From positions 1-32,000 of the forward strand of contig NZ_JAYKGW010000017.1 of NCBI RefSeq assembly GCF_035285525.1: a DNA stretch of 32,000 nucleotides, written 5' to 3'. Numbering within the stretch: the stretch's first letter is position 1; every line of letters starts with the position of its first letter. The notes under the pieces are model-generated. The model was not told the DNA's origin, did not search any database, and saw only the letters and a program-made list of their open reading frames with translations. Origin of the DNA: Okeania sp. Lineage in GTDB: Bacteria; Cyanobacteriota; Cyanobacteriia; Cyanobacteriales; Microcoleaceae. Of this stretch, positions 1 to 8,715 are shown piece by piece. The position numbers and the translations under genes were made by a program.

Positions 1-201
1 TTGCTGTTATGTATGTATGAAATTTTCGAGGTACGGCGGTCTTCGGTTTTTTTCCTTGACCGTTAATATTACTTTAGCTAGTTTATTTCTATTTGTAAAG
101 GGGTGTTAAGTAATTTATTCTTTAATTTATTTATAAGTTTTTTTTATCAAAATAGCTGACAAATCCAGAAACCGGGTTTCTTTGTGGATAAAAATAAATT
201 C

Positions 202-298
202 AGGACTTAGGCAAAGGTACTATATATATATATATATAGTTGAAAAACTATTGCGCAATAGTTTTTAGGACTATATTTAGGGTCGCTGCGTAAGTCCT
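202..298. mobile_element. MITE-like 97-bp element, copy 1 of 3, with 12-bp terminal inverted repeats aggacttaggca / tgcgtaagtcct
   Basis: TIRs at 202-213 and 287-298. Internal (TA)9 at 221-238. Same termini and size at 12737-12827 and, degenerate, at 30544-30634. Confidence 0.45.
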
Positions 299-437
299 GA
301 TAAAGTTCCATTGCTTCTCTAATATTATTTTCTGTTTCTTCAAGGGTTTTACCTGTAGAAATACAACCTAGTAAGTCAGGAACATAAGCAGAATAGTTAT
401 TTCCAGTCCATTCAAAAATGACAATATATTCTTTCAT
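207..437 (-). CDS. hicB: HicB-family (UPF0150-like) antitoxin; C-terminal tail derived from the inserted repeat element
   Basis: N-terminus MKEYIVIFEWTGNNYSAYVPDLLGCISTGKTLEETENNIREAMELY matches the short HicB fold pattern as I recall it. Its ATG overlaps the stop of a hicA remnant (TAATG). The last ~25 codons lie inside the 202-298 element. Confidence 0.6.
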   Translation of the reverse strand: MKEYIVIFEWTGNNYSAYVPDLLGCISTGKTLEETENNIREAMELYQDLRSDPKYSPKNYCAIVFQLYIYIYSTFA

Positions 438-500
438 TATTTATCCTCTAATTTTGCTTGTTTCCAAATGCTTTTAAGTGTTCTAATGGCAACTTCAAAA
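437..500 (-). pseudogene. hicA: hicA toxin remnant (last ~19 codons only)
   Basis: The minus-strand frame reads ...EVAIRTLKSIWKQAKLEDK*, a HicA-like C-terminus. No start codon or HicA-like sequence lies upstream, and the piece is too short for the ORF track. Confidence 0.4.
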
Positions 501-640
501 GAATAAATAAGGAAGAAGGAAGAATAGATAAATATTGAAAAACGAGGAGGAAAATGATAGAAATAGAAATCTAAAATAAATTGAAGCAACCATTTTTCAA
601 CATATCTGATCGATATGTAGAGTTTGCTGATTAAATCTAA

Positions 641-726
641 AACATTAACAGATAAAAGTTTTACCCTTTTTCAAGTCCGAAAAAGTGCAAGTTTTTAGGT
701 CTAAAAGGTACGGTTCCCGAAAAATC
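641..726. repeat. Copy of a dispersed ~90-125 bp intergenic repeat family
   Basis: Aligns by eye with 16307-16390, 16561-16685, 27282-27408 (reverse) and 31158-31230. Shared blocks are aaagcattRacag..., gaaaaagt.c...ttttaggtc.aaaaggtac. It ends in the ggtacggttcccgaaaaatc motif, also seen near 16240, 22370 and 30996. Confidence 0.45.
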
Positions 727-816
727 AAAAAGTTATAATTTTGGGGTAACTATAGCAGACAAATAAAGAAACCATTCTTAAAAGCAACTTTCTCCATAAC
801 TGCTGATTATTAACTA

Positions 817-869
817 CTTCCTACTCCCTACTCCTTACTCCCGTAGGGACCTTGCACGCAACGTCCCTA
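817..869. repeat. STRR-like heptamer tract (ctactcc-type) followed by the hairpin repeat gtagggac-N9-gtccctac
   Basis: cttcctactccctactccttactccc at 817-843. An 8-bp stem lies at 845-852 / 862-869. Related hairpins occur near 5306-5345, 10448-10478 and 31664-31700. Confidence 0.5.
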
Positions 870-983
870 CCAAATGCAAAAAGACTTTTTATAAACAAAT
901 CCTATGTACTTTTTTGTAAAATTATTTTTCCAAAGTGTTACCTATGAAAAATTCTCTAATTAACTAGATTTAATCCTTCGTCC

Positions 984-1967
984 ATGTCTAAAATCGTCAC
1001 ATATAGTCCTGCTTATACAGTGGTTCCTACTTATGAATGTTTTAATCGTTGTAACTATTGTAATTTTCGCTCAGAACCAGGTCAAAGTTCTTGGCTAAGT
1101 CTATCAGAAGCAGAAAAAATATTATTATCTCTCAAAAATCAAGGTATAATTGAAATTTTAATTCTGAGCGGTGAAGTACATCCGAACAGTCAATACAGAC
1201 AAGCTTGGTTTCAACTAATCTATGATTTGTGTAAATTAGCTCTATCTTTAGGATTTTTGCCCCATACTAATGTTGGGCCACTGAGTCAACCCGAAATGAA
1301 AGATTTGAAACAAGTAAATGTGTCAATGGGACTAATGTTGGAGCAGATCACCCCTAAATTACTAGAAACTGTTCATAGAAATGCTCCTAGTAAGAGGCCA
1401 CATTTACGGTTACAACAATTAGAATGGGCAGGAGAATTAAGAATACCTTTTACTACTGGTTTATTATTAGGAATAGGAGAAACTGTAACTGACTGGAAAG
1501 AAACTTTAGAAGCGATCGCTAATATTCATCAAAAATGGGGCCATATTCAAGAGGTGATTCTCCAACCCTACAGTCCTGGCAATCTAGAAATATGGAATGG
1601 TGAAGGTTTTGAGCTTAATTTATTGCCAGAGGTTGTAGCGATCGCCCGTCAAATATTACCATCAGATATTACTTTACAAATTCCTCCTAATTTAGTTACA
1701 AAACCAGAAATATTATTAGCTTGCTTAGAAAATGGAGCGGGAGACTTGGGAGGTATCGGACCATTAGATGAAGTTAATCCTGATTATCCTCACCTACATT
1801 ATCAAGCTTTAGTAAAAGTTTTGGAGTTTGAAGGATGGGAATTAATTAAAAGATTACCAGTTTATTCTCAATATGATAATTGGTTGCCAATAAATTTAAA
1901 AAATATTGTGAGTAAATGGCGCTCGAAATTATCAGTAAAGTTATCTCCCGTTCAATCGGAATTATAA
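984..1967 (+). CDS. cofG: Radical SAM enzyme, probably FO synthase subunit 1 (7,8-didemethyl-8-hydroxy-5-deazariboflavin synthase CofG)
   Basis: 327 aa. CxxxCxxC cluster motif in PTYECFNRCNYCNF close to the N-terminus. SGE and PHTNVGPLS blocks and the length match my recollection of cyanobacterial CofG. Not confirmed by any search. Confidence 0.65.
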   Translation: MSKIVTYSPAYTVVPTYECFNRCNYCNFRSEPGQSSWLSLSEAEKILLSLKNQGIIEILILSGEVHPNSQYRQAWFQLIYDLCKLALSLGFLPHTNVGPLSQPEMKDLKQVNVSMGLMLEQITPKLLETVHRNAPSKRPHLRLQQLEWAGELRIPFTTGLLLGIGETVTDWKETLEAIANIHQKWGHIQEVILQPYSPGNLEIWNGEGFELNLLPEVVAIARQILPSDITLQIPPNLVTKPEILLACLENGAGDLGGIGPLDEVNPDYPHLHYQALVKVLEFEGWELIKRLPVYSQYDNWLPINLKNIVSKWRSKLSVKLSPVQSEL

Positions 1968-1984
1968 CGGGAGAGGGGTTTTTG
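1945..1984 (+). terminator. Rho-independent terminator candidate for cofG
   Basis: Stem ctcccgtt (1945-1952) / aacgggag (1966-1973). The loop contains the TAA stop. It is followed by aggggttttt. Confidence 0.5.
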
Positions 1985-2060
1985 GTGTTCTCCCCTGCTC
2001 CCTACTGCTATCCAGTCTCAAGATAAGTTGGTACTTAAGCGAGCAGTATTGGAAACGAAT

Positions 2061-2747
2061 CTACTTTGTCAAAAGATAGAAACGATAGTCACTACCATCA
2101 TGTAGCATCCCTAATTCACTTAGATCACTGTTAGAAGGGGTATCGACTAAATCTAATTCTGGAATAGAGTTGAATTTATATTCATAAGCATTACTACTCA
2201 TATTGAACGAACCCTGTAATAATTTGTTGTTGTTTCCTAGTTCCATCCTGTAGTATCGGTAAGCACTTCCATCATGTAGCATTCCCCATCGGTTCGCGTC
2301 TGAATTATCTGGAAAACCTGTTACAGGGATTTTAGGAATGGAATTGTGTCCCCATTTGTAGGTACTACTACCAGAAACCCAAGCAAACTGATAAAGTTGA
2401 TTTGATTCACCAAGCTGACGAAGGTATAGTCTGTAGTCACTACCGTCATATAACATAGCAAAACTGCTGGCATCAGCATCTTCTGGTGCATCAATTAAGG
2501 TCAATTCTGGAATTGAGTTATGTCCAAATTCATAGGATGAACCATTGAAAGCAAATTGATAAATTGTGTTATTGGTGCTTCCTTTGAAAAAATACAGACG
2601 GTAAGCTGAACCATCATGAAGCATAGCCCAACGTTCAAAATTAGTGTCATTTGGAGCATTGGTAATTGGAATATTCGGAATTGAGTTATGTCCGAACTGG
2701 TAATTATTGGTTCCAGCGACATAAGCAAATTGATTAAGGGAAGGCAT
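2061..2747 (-). CDS. Hypothetical protein made of four ~55-58 aa internal repeats (possible four-bladed propeller / lectin-like fold)
   Basis: 228 aa. Each repeat has the pattern YQF..(6-8)..Y.FGHNSIP.(I/L)....P...D....(A/G)MLHDGS.YR.Y. Repeats 1 and 3 resemble each other, as do 2 and 4. GGAG lies 10 nt upstream of the ATG. No signal peptide is apparent. Confidence 0.7.
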   Translation of the reverse strand: MPSLNQFAYVAGTNNYQFGHNSIPNIPITNAPNDTNFERWAMLHDGSAYRLYFFKGSTNNTIYQFAFNGSSYEFGHNSIPELTLIDAPEDADASSFAMLYDGSDYRLYLRQLGESNQLYQFAWVSGSSTYKWGHNSIPKIPVTGFPDNSDANRWGMLHDGSAYRYYRMELGNNNKLLQGSFNMSSNAYEYKFNSIPELDLVDTPSNSDLSELGMLHDGSDYRFYLLTK

Positions 2748-2944
2748 AATTAATTTTCTCCGATTGTACAGTTTTAAGTTAGAGCATCATTCTGTCTTAC
2801 TATCAGCAAAATACTGATATATATTAGACTAGCTTTTTTATAGTTAATATATACAAATAAATAGGTAAATTTTTTTGAATATTGTGAAAATTTAATGTAT
2901 TATTTTAATTTACATTACTTAAATTAACAAAAGCCATAAAAAAA

Positions 2945-3018
2945 TGGACGTAACAGAACTCGAATCTGTGACCTCCACGATGTCAACGTGGCGCTCTAAC
3001 CAACTGAGCTATACGTCC
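2945..3018 (-). tRNA. tRNA-Val (anticodon GAC)
   Basis: The reverse complement folds as a 74-nt cloverleaf: acceptor ggacgta/tacgtcc, D arm gctc/gagc, anticodon stem ccacg/cgtgg with loop ttGACat, T arm acaga-ttcgagt-tctgt, discriminator A. CCA is not encoded and a T-run follows. Confidence 0.9.
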
Positions 3019-3148
3019 TAGATATTTAATTACAATAACACACCCTTCTGAAACTTGCAACCTCTAAACCAAAAAAATATTATTAGTACCTGACTTCTAG
3101 TTATACCTTTTCACAGGAGTTTACTGAATACTAAAAGTTAATAGCTAG

Positions 3149-4624
3149 TTAAATCCAAGACCGAAACCACATTCTCAACTGCCAATCTTGGGGAGATAAA
3201 GGTAATCCTAAATAAACAGGCATCCAAAAAACAAACGCCAAGAAAACTATAAAAATTGTTGTAAATCCTATTATCTTAAGATAATTTTTGCGACTGTTTA
3301 ATAACCTATCAACCCACCAAGAAAATGCCAAAACAGCAAACACTAAAGCTCCCATATAATGATACAAAAAAGTGCAACGACTCACTTTACTCCAAGGGAG
3401 AAAATTACTCATCCAATTTATAATTAAATATAGTAACAACCACATTTCTGAAGCAGGTGGAAATTGAAAAGTCTGCTTTAATTTAATTTTTTTACGTCTT
3501 GCTTGTCGATTTTTTTCCCAATGCCAAATACGATTAAATAACATCAAGATTAATAATAAAATTCCCCATACTGATAACCACCAAAGAATAGGATTTCCCA
3601 TCGCATGAACATCAAAAATTAGGGGATTAACTTTTGGGTCTCCAATATCTGGAGGTAAGGGTGGTAAAGAAGGTTCTGGTTTGTCTAATAAACCTGTATT
3701 TTTATAAAAATAAACTACTGGTCTAATCATTAACGGCCAGGTAAACCATTGAGCGCAATAAGGATGAGTATCAGGTCCGCTGCCGACTCTTTGGTGATAG
3801 CTGAAAATCTGTTGCTGCATTTCCCAAAAGCCATATTGGGGGTTAAGAATAATGTGGGGAATCCAAAGTAGGCTATAGGTAATTATAGGAATAACGAATA
3901 AATATAGAGTAAATTTAATCAGATTTAGTTGAGTTAAATTTTGCCAAGGAAATTTATATTCTGATTTTTTAGTAGGAGCAATAAATTGAATTATCCATGC
4001 TAATATCCAGAGCATATAAATTCCGAGTAAAAATCCTAGACCATTCCATTTAATCGCTGCACTTGCACCAAAAAATATACCAGATAAAGCTAACCATTTT
4101 CTTGGTTTTAATTGATTATTTTGGAGAGCAATAATTAAACATAAGTGACCTAATAATCCAAAGATTACTAGATAGATATTATTCAAAGCATAGCGAGATT
4201 CAACTAAAAATAATCCATCTAAAGCTATTAGTAAAGCAGCAATAAAACTATAACTCCAACGGTGGGTTAATTGATAGGCGATCGCTCCTACTACTACAGG
4301 AATAAATGAACCTGTTAAAGCATTTATCCACCGATAACTCCAAGAGGCTAAAGTAGAACCTGTTTCATTATTAACTATTTCTTGACCAAAGGGTAAAATA
4401 GAACCTATCCAAATACCAATGGCAATAATATATTGACTTAGGGGGGGATGAGCATTAAAAAATTCTGTTTGAGTGAGATAGTTGTTAGCAAATTTAGCAT
4501 AATAAACCTCGTCAAAAACGAGAGTATTAAAACGACCTAATTGCCAAAATCTGAGGATGACTGAAAATAGAAATATACTAGCTATCCCTATAATAGTAAA
4601 CCATTTATTTAATTGATAAGACAT
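3149..4624 (-). CDS. Polytopic membrane glycosyltransferase, GT39 / PMT (phospholipid-carrier-dependent, ArnT-like GT-C) family
   Basis: 491 aa with roughly ten or more hydrophobic helices. The VFDEVYYAKFA (DE) motif follows the first helix, as in the protein O-mannosyltransferase family. Confidence 0.65.
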   Translation of the reverse strand: MSYQLNKWFTIIGIASIFLFSVILRFWQLGRFNTLVFDEVYYAKFANNYLTQTEFFNAHPPLSQYIIAIGIWIGSILPFGQEIVNNETGSTLASWSYRWINALTGSFIPVVVGAIAYQLTHRWSYSFIAALLIALDGLFLVESRYALNNIYLVIFGLLGHLCLIIALQNNQLKPRKWLALSGIFFGASAAIKWNGLGFLLGIYMLWILAWIIQFIAPTKKSEYKFPWQNLTQLNLIKFTLYLFVIPIITYSLLWIPHIILNPQYGFWEMQQQIFSYHQRVGSGPDTHPYCAQWFTWPLMIRPVVYFYKNTGLLDKPEPSLPPLPPDIGDPKVNPLIFDVHAMGNPILWWLSVWGILLLILMLFNRIWHWEKNRQARRKKIKLKQTFQFPPASEMWLLLYLIINWMSNFLPWSKVSRCTFLYHYMGALVFAVLAFSWWVDRLLNSRKNYLKIIGFTTIFIVFLAFVFWMPVYLGLPLSPQDWQLRMWFRSWI

Positions 4625-5902
4625 TGGATATATGAAATAAATATAATTGACTTTTAGAGGTTTTTAATTTAGTATTAAAACTTAAGCATTCAGCATTCAG
4701 CTATGAGTTATTAACTCACTGTTACACCGAAGGATAAATTAGCTTTCAAAAAGAATGAGAACTTATGTTTGCATAGCATTTTATAGGAAATAAAAAGACC
4801 ATTAGCTAACTTTAGTAAGTGATTAGATTCAAAAGCTAAATGCTGAATGCAAATAGCTAAATACTTAAATCAAAACTGAAGGAGTAACAAGTTTGACAAA
4901 TTATTTTTCCTGCAATTTCAAGTATTAAGAATCAAGCAAAGCTATCAATAATGTTACTGTAACTAATTGTTCAGTTTTGACTTAAGCACTTTATTTTTAC
5001 TAACAATATTTTTTCAATTTTTCTGCCATACCAGTATTAAGTACTGAAGCAAAATTAATTGTGCATTAACTTTTCAGATCGCCAATCTATTATATCAAAT
5101 TCGCTTACTTTGGAGAATAATGTTATACCATCAGTATTAGCAAAAACTCCTAGTTTGTAAGATGTTTAGAAACCAGAGCCATACCGGGGGTGAATTCTCA
5201 CAATACTAACAGATTTGATATTAAATACAGTAGCGTTAGAGCTAATTTATTTTTGACTTACAGCGTTTTTCAAATTGATGAATCACATTTCTATAATCAA
5301 AGCCTTGTAGAGACATTCGCATTTTTTTTATCTAACGTCCCTACTCTGGTTTACCAAAATGAAAACCGCTGTAATTTGGTCAAGATTTTACCTGACGCAT
5401 AACACGCTAAAGTAATAATTAAAGAAACTTTAGCTACTAAAATTCCAGTTTTCAAACTTTGTTTCTGTAGAATTTCTTGTTGATTTATAATTTGCGCTAT
5501 TCTCATTATTTAGTCAATCATTTCTGATGATTTGTAATACCGTCGCTCACAAGTCTTCAAAACTTGATAACAACTTACCGAGCAATTTTTTATCAATTTA
5601 TACCTCTCTAGATTACAGTCTTATATTAGTAAAGTACACCAGTTCCGGGTAAGATGCCCACATAATGAATTTACTTTTGTCTAATTTTGATAAATACTTT
5701 TGCTTTCTATTAGTTAGTTAATTATTGCTGAATTTTGTTTAATAACTGTATTCTTTCCAGCAGAAGCTTGAGACATAATACCATTTCTCAAAAGTATTGC
5801 TATACTTGGAAGCTAGTAAAATCACTTTTCTTCATCACCGAAATTACTAAATATCAAGCATTTGCTCGAACAAATAATATTTAGAAAGAAAAAATCCAAA
5901 TA

Positions 5903-5931
5903 TAGCAAAGTTTATGGTAATTTGGTATAAT
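5903..5931 (+). promoter_or_regulatory. Sigma70-type promoter candidate upstream of the EF-hand/methyltransferase gene
   Basis: tagcaa (5903-5908), 17-nt spacer, tgg-tataat (extended -10, 5926-5931). It lies ~235 nt upstream of the ATG at 6166. Sequence match only. Confidence 0.25.
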
Positions 5932-6165
5932 ACCTATTTTCCTGATTGTCAAGATAAGTTAAAGAAGTTTTTGATTACTAGAAAAACTCTTGAATTATAG
6001 ACTATTTGCAAATGGATAATTTTCTCCTGCCATCCATCCTCTTTATTATTTTTAAGTGCAAATTCGTTCAAACTCAAGTATTATTTAATTACACTAATCT
6101 GAACTTTGAATAGACAATTAACCTAATCAAAGAATAACGGTACAATTTGAAAAAATACTTAAGTA

Positions 6166-7323
6166 ATGTCTCAACAAATTACACAATTATCTATTGATGA
6201 ATTGAAACAAGTCTTTGATTCATTTGATACTGATGGTAATAGCTCATTATCACCTGAAGAGGTAATAAATGTTCTGCGTTATCTAGGAATGAACCCAAAC
6301 ACTGAAGATATAAAATCTATCTTTATTAGTATTGATAAAAATGTCAGCAATACGATTGAGTTTGACGAATTTTCTCAATGGATTTTAGATAAAGTAAATA
6401 TAACTTCTAAAAAGGATTTATTAGAGATTTTTCGCTTAATTGATTTGGATAACAACGGTACTATCTCAACTGATGAACTACGAGAGTTATTTTATGGGTT
6501 AAATATTAACGTCAGCGAGGATGAAATCGAAATGTTGATCCAACAAGCTGATATCAATGGTAATGGTATCATTGAGTTCGATGAATTTGTCAAAAGTGGC
6601 GGTTTATGGACTCGGATTAAATTAACAGTTGGTGTAGTACGTTCCTTTTACATACAAGCAGAATTTGATTCTCTTGCACGACAATATAATCAACTTATCC
6701 GTTTGTGGGTTCCCTGGTACGAAGAGAATCTTGGAATCACCCTGGATAATTTACAAAATGAATTAGATGCGCCGAATATCCTGGAGCTAGGTGGTGGTAC
6801 TGGTAATCTTTCTGCTGCTGTGCTAGAGCGTTACTCAGAAGCTGATGTTCATGTTGTAGATAGTTCTAGTAAGATGATCGATTTTTGTCAGCAGCGTTTT
6901 GGGAAGAATGAGCAAATCCACCTCTATGAGCAGGATTTTATGACATTGGATTTCCCAGAAGCGACTTTTGATTACGTTATCTCATACATCACTCTGCATC
7001 ATCTAAATGATGGCGATAAAAAACAATTGTTCCACAATGTACATCGGTGGTTAAAATCTGATGGGTTATTTTCTTATTCCGACATCTTTCGGGGAATTAA
7101 TAATCAAATCCATGAACGCTATAATGAACAATGGAAAAATGCTGTTTATGAGCTAGGAGCAACGAATGAGCAATGGAATCATTTTTGGGATCATGATCGA
7201 CGCTATGATCGGCATATTCCTATTATGACAGTAGTAGATTGGCTGAGAGAAATTGGCTTTGTGGATATAGATATTACCTGGCGTCGTTCTCTATGGGCAA
7301 ATATTATTGCTCGAAAACCTTGA
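6166..7323 (+). CDS. Fusion protein: N-terminal calmodulin-like domain with four EF-hands plus C-terminal class I SAM-dependent methyltransferase
   Basis: Four canonical 12-residue loops: DTDGNSSLSPEE, DKNVSNTIEFDE, DLDNNGTISTDE, DINGNGIIEFDE. Methyltransferase motif I is ILELGGGTGNLS, then VVDSS, then a DYVISYITLHHL block. Confidence 0.8.
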   Translation: MSQQITQLSIDELKQVFDSFDTDGNSSLSPEEVINVLRYLGMNPNTEDIKSIFISIDKNVSNTIEFDEFSQWILDKVNITSKKDLLEIFRLIDLDNNGTISTDELRELFYGLNINVSEDEIEMLIQQADINGNGIIEFDEFVKSGGLWTRIKLTVGVVRSFYIQAEFDSLARQYNQLIRLWVPWYEENLGITLDNLQNELDAPNILELGGGTGNLSAAVLERYSEADVHVVDSSSKMIDFCQQRFGKNEQIHLYEQDFMTLDFPEATFDYVISYITLHHLNDGDKKQLFHNVHRWLKSDGLFSYSDIFRGINNQIHERYNEQWKNAVYELGATNEQWNHFWDHDRRYDRHIPIMTVVDWLREIGFVDIDITWRRSLWANIIARKP

Positions 7324-7330
7324 TTTTTGA

Positions 7331-7579
7331 TGCTTGCTTAATAATTTCTAAATTGTCCTCAGAACAAAATTTTAACTTCTTGACAGAATTTGTTAAACTA
7401 GAAGAGTTATTTAGTACCATTGACATACAATAACCCTCTTTGAATTTCATAACATAATAGGTAATGCAACTGATAAATAGATGTTATTCCAAAAATTTAA
7501 CCTGGTTAAATTTATCAGTTGCTATTTTATTATATTTCAAAATAGCAGTAACTAAATTTTTATATAGTAAATAGCTCAC
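7331..7579 (-). pseudogene. PIN/VapC pseudogene (N-terminal ~82 codons, truncated next to the methyltransferase stop codon)
   Basis: Roughly 80 percent DNA match by eye to 9400-9642. It reads VSYLLYKNLVTAILKYNKIATDKFNQVKFLE*. The catalytic LLDTN has become LLYKN, a stop lies at 7484-7486, an extra 'aac' disrupts the frame, and the 3' half is absent. Confidence 0.7.
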
Positions 7580-7598
7580 CTTATTAAATAGTAACTAT

Positions 7599-8006
7599 CT
7601 ATTCTATCTCTAACCAATTTTCTAAATTTATTCCCTCAACTCTTGACATATCAGAATCATTAGAAACTAAAGTTAAATTATTAGTAATTGCTGTTGCTGC
7701 AATGAGTATATCAGCATCTTGAATAGGTCTTCCTTTCCTCCTCAAATTTATGTGAATTTCTGTTGCTTTTTCAATAACTTCTAAATTGTCTAAAAACAAA
7801 ATTGTAACTTTTTGACAGAATCTGTTAAAAATAGATAGTTTGCGAGTAGCATTCACATATAATAATCCTCTTTTTACTTCATAAAAGCTGATGCAGCTAA
7901 TGTAAACATCTTCTTCTCTGAGATATACGTTCAGTAATTTATCTCTAATTTTTTGATTCTGATTGACAAACGCTGAAACTATATTAGTATCTAATAGATA
8001 ATTCAC
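7599..8006 (-). CDS. vapC: PIN-domain ribonuclease toxin (VapC family), paralogue 1
   Basis: 135 aa with a GTG start. The four PIN acidic positions are visible (LLDTN, FYEV, QDADILIAATA, VSND). It begins 5 nt after the stop of the upstream small ORF. Confidence 0.85.
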   Translation of the reverse strand: MNYLLDTNIVSAFVNQNQKIRDKLLNVYLREEDVYISCISFYEVKRGLLYVNATRKLSIFNRFCQKVTILFLDNLEVIEKATEIHINLRRKGRPIQDADILIAATAITNNLTLVSNDSDMSRVEGINLENWLEIE

Positions 8007-8011
8007 TTTTC

Positions 8012-8302
8012 CTATCTCCCTTCTACTACAGCATTAAACATTTCTATTTCTTCTGGAGTTAAATCATTAGGTGTTGTCCATAATAACTCTGTTACCATGA
8101 TTCTCTCAACCCTTTTTTTCAACCTTTCATCATTGAGAGGTAGGAGAATTTGAGGTGACACTCTATCTAATAATGTCGAGAAAGTCTGAATAAGTTCATC
8201 TCGATCTAATTCTTGATAAAGACTATCGTTTTCCATTGCTCGATCGATCATTTCTGATATTCTTTTAAGAACTGTATTCTTTTCTGTAGAAACTTGAGTC
8301 AT
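8012..8302 (-). CDS. 96-aa acidic helical protein, putative cognate antitoxin of the PIN toxin (family not recognised)
   Basis: Sits immediately upstream of the PIN gene with a 5-nt gap. AGGAGG lies 7 nt before the ATG. Three paralogues are present in the window. The C-terminus is ...EMFNAVVEGR. Confidence 0.7.
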   Translation of the reverse strand: MTQVSTEKNTVLKRISEMIDRAMENDSLYQELDRDELIQTFSTLLDRVSPQILLPLNDERLKKRVERIMVTELLWTTPNDLTPEEIEMFNAVVEGR

Positions 8303-8314
8303 AATTTCCTCCTA

Positions 8315-8368
8315 TAATTTTTTAATTCTGGTTTACAACTGTTGAAACTATATTAGCATCTAATAGAT
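8315..8368 (-). pseudogene. PIN/VapC fragment (first ~16 codons) fused directly to the RBS region of the next cassette
   Basis: Reads NYLLDANIVSTVVNQN*, compared with MNYLLDTNIVSAFVNQNQKIRD in paralogue 1. The start codon is lost. Homology ends at aaaaatta, where the aggagg-ATG of 8012-8302 begins. Confidence 0.65.
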
Positions 8369-8371
8369 AAT

Positions 8372-8668
8372 TTAGATAACTTGCTTTTCCCATCTCCCTT
8401 CTACTGCAGCATTAAACATTTCTTTTTCTTCTGGGGTAAAATCATCCAGTATTGTCCATAATAATTCTGTTGCCATAAGTCTCCGAACTCTTTTTTTCAA
8501 CCTTTCATCATTGAGAGGTAAGAGAATTTCAGGTGATACTCTATCTAATATTTTCGAGAAAGTCTCCAGAAGTTCATCTCGATTTAATTCTTCTTGATAA
8601 AGACTATCGTTTTCCATTGCTTGATCGATAATTTCTGATATTCTTTTAAGAACTGTATTTTTTTCCAC
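8372..8668 (-). CDS. Degenerate paralogue of the 96-aa putative antitoxin (probably decaying)
   Basis: A 1-nt insertion after the ancestral ATG ACT CAA (8678-8686) puts that start out of frame, so the ORF is only open from an internal GTG. The ancestral TAG stop has mutated to TGG, adding WEKQVI. Its partner PIN is deleted. Confidence 0.45.
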   Translation of the reverse strand: MEKNTVLKRISEIIDQAMENDSLYQEELNRDELLETFSKILDRVSPEILLPLNDERLKKRVRRLMATELLWTILDDFTPEEKEMFNAAVEGRWEKQVI

Positions 8669-8715
8669 AGAAGTTTTGAGTCATAATTTCTTCCAATTAT
8701 ATAAATAAATTGAAA

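Noticed and set aside
2501-2728. 75-aa ORF in another frame of the four-repeat gene
   Set aside because: It is nested in the 228-aa ORF, whose four-fold repeat periodicity marks the true frame.
2945-3018. tRNA-Val as an integration site of a classical genomic island or prophage
   Set aside because: No integrase, no phage genes and no visible direct repeat of the tRNA 3' end in the window. Only the weaker compositional argument is kept as a low-interest finding.
5190-5402. 70-aa plus-strand ORF in the long spacer
   Set aside because: GTG start without an RBS, composition indistinguishable from the surrounding AT-rich DNA, and it includes a degenerate hairpin repeat.
7239-7433. 64-aa plus-strand ORF overlapping the methyltransferase 3' end
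   Set aside because: It is the antisense reading of the PIN pseudogene remnant and overlaps a better-supported gene.
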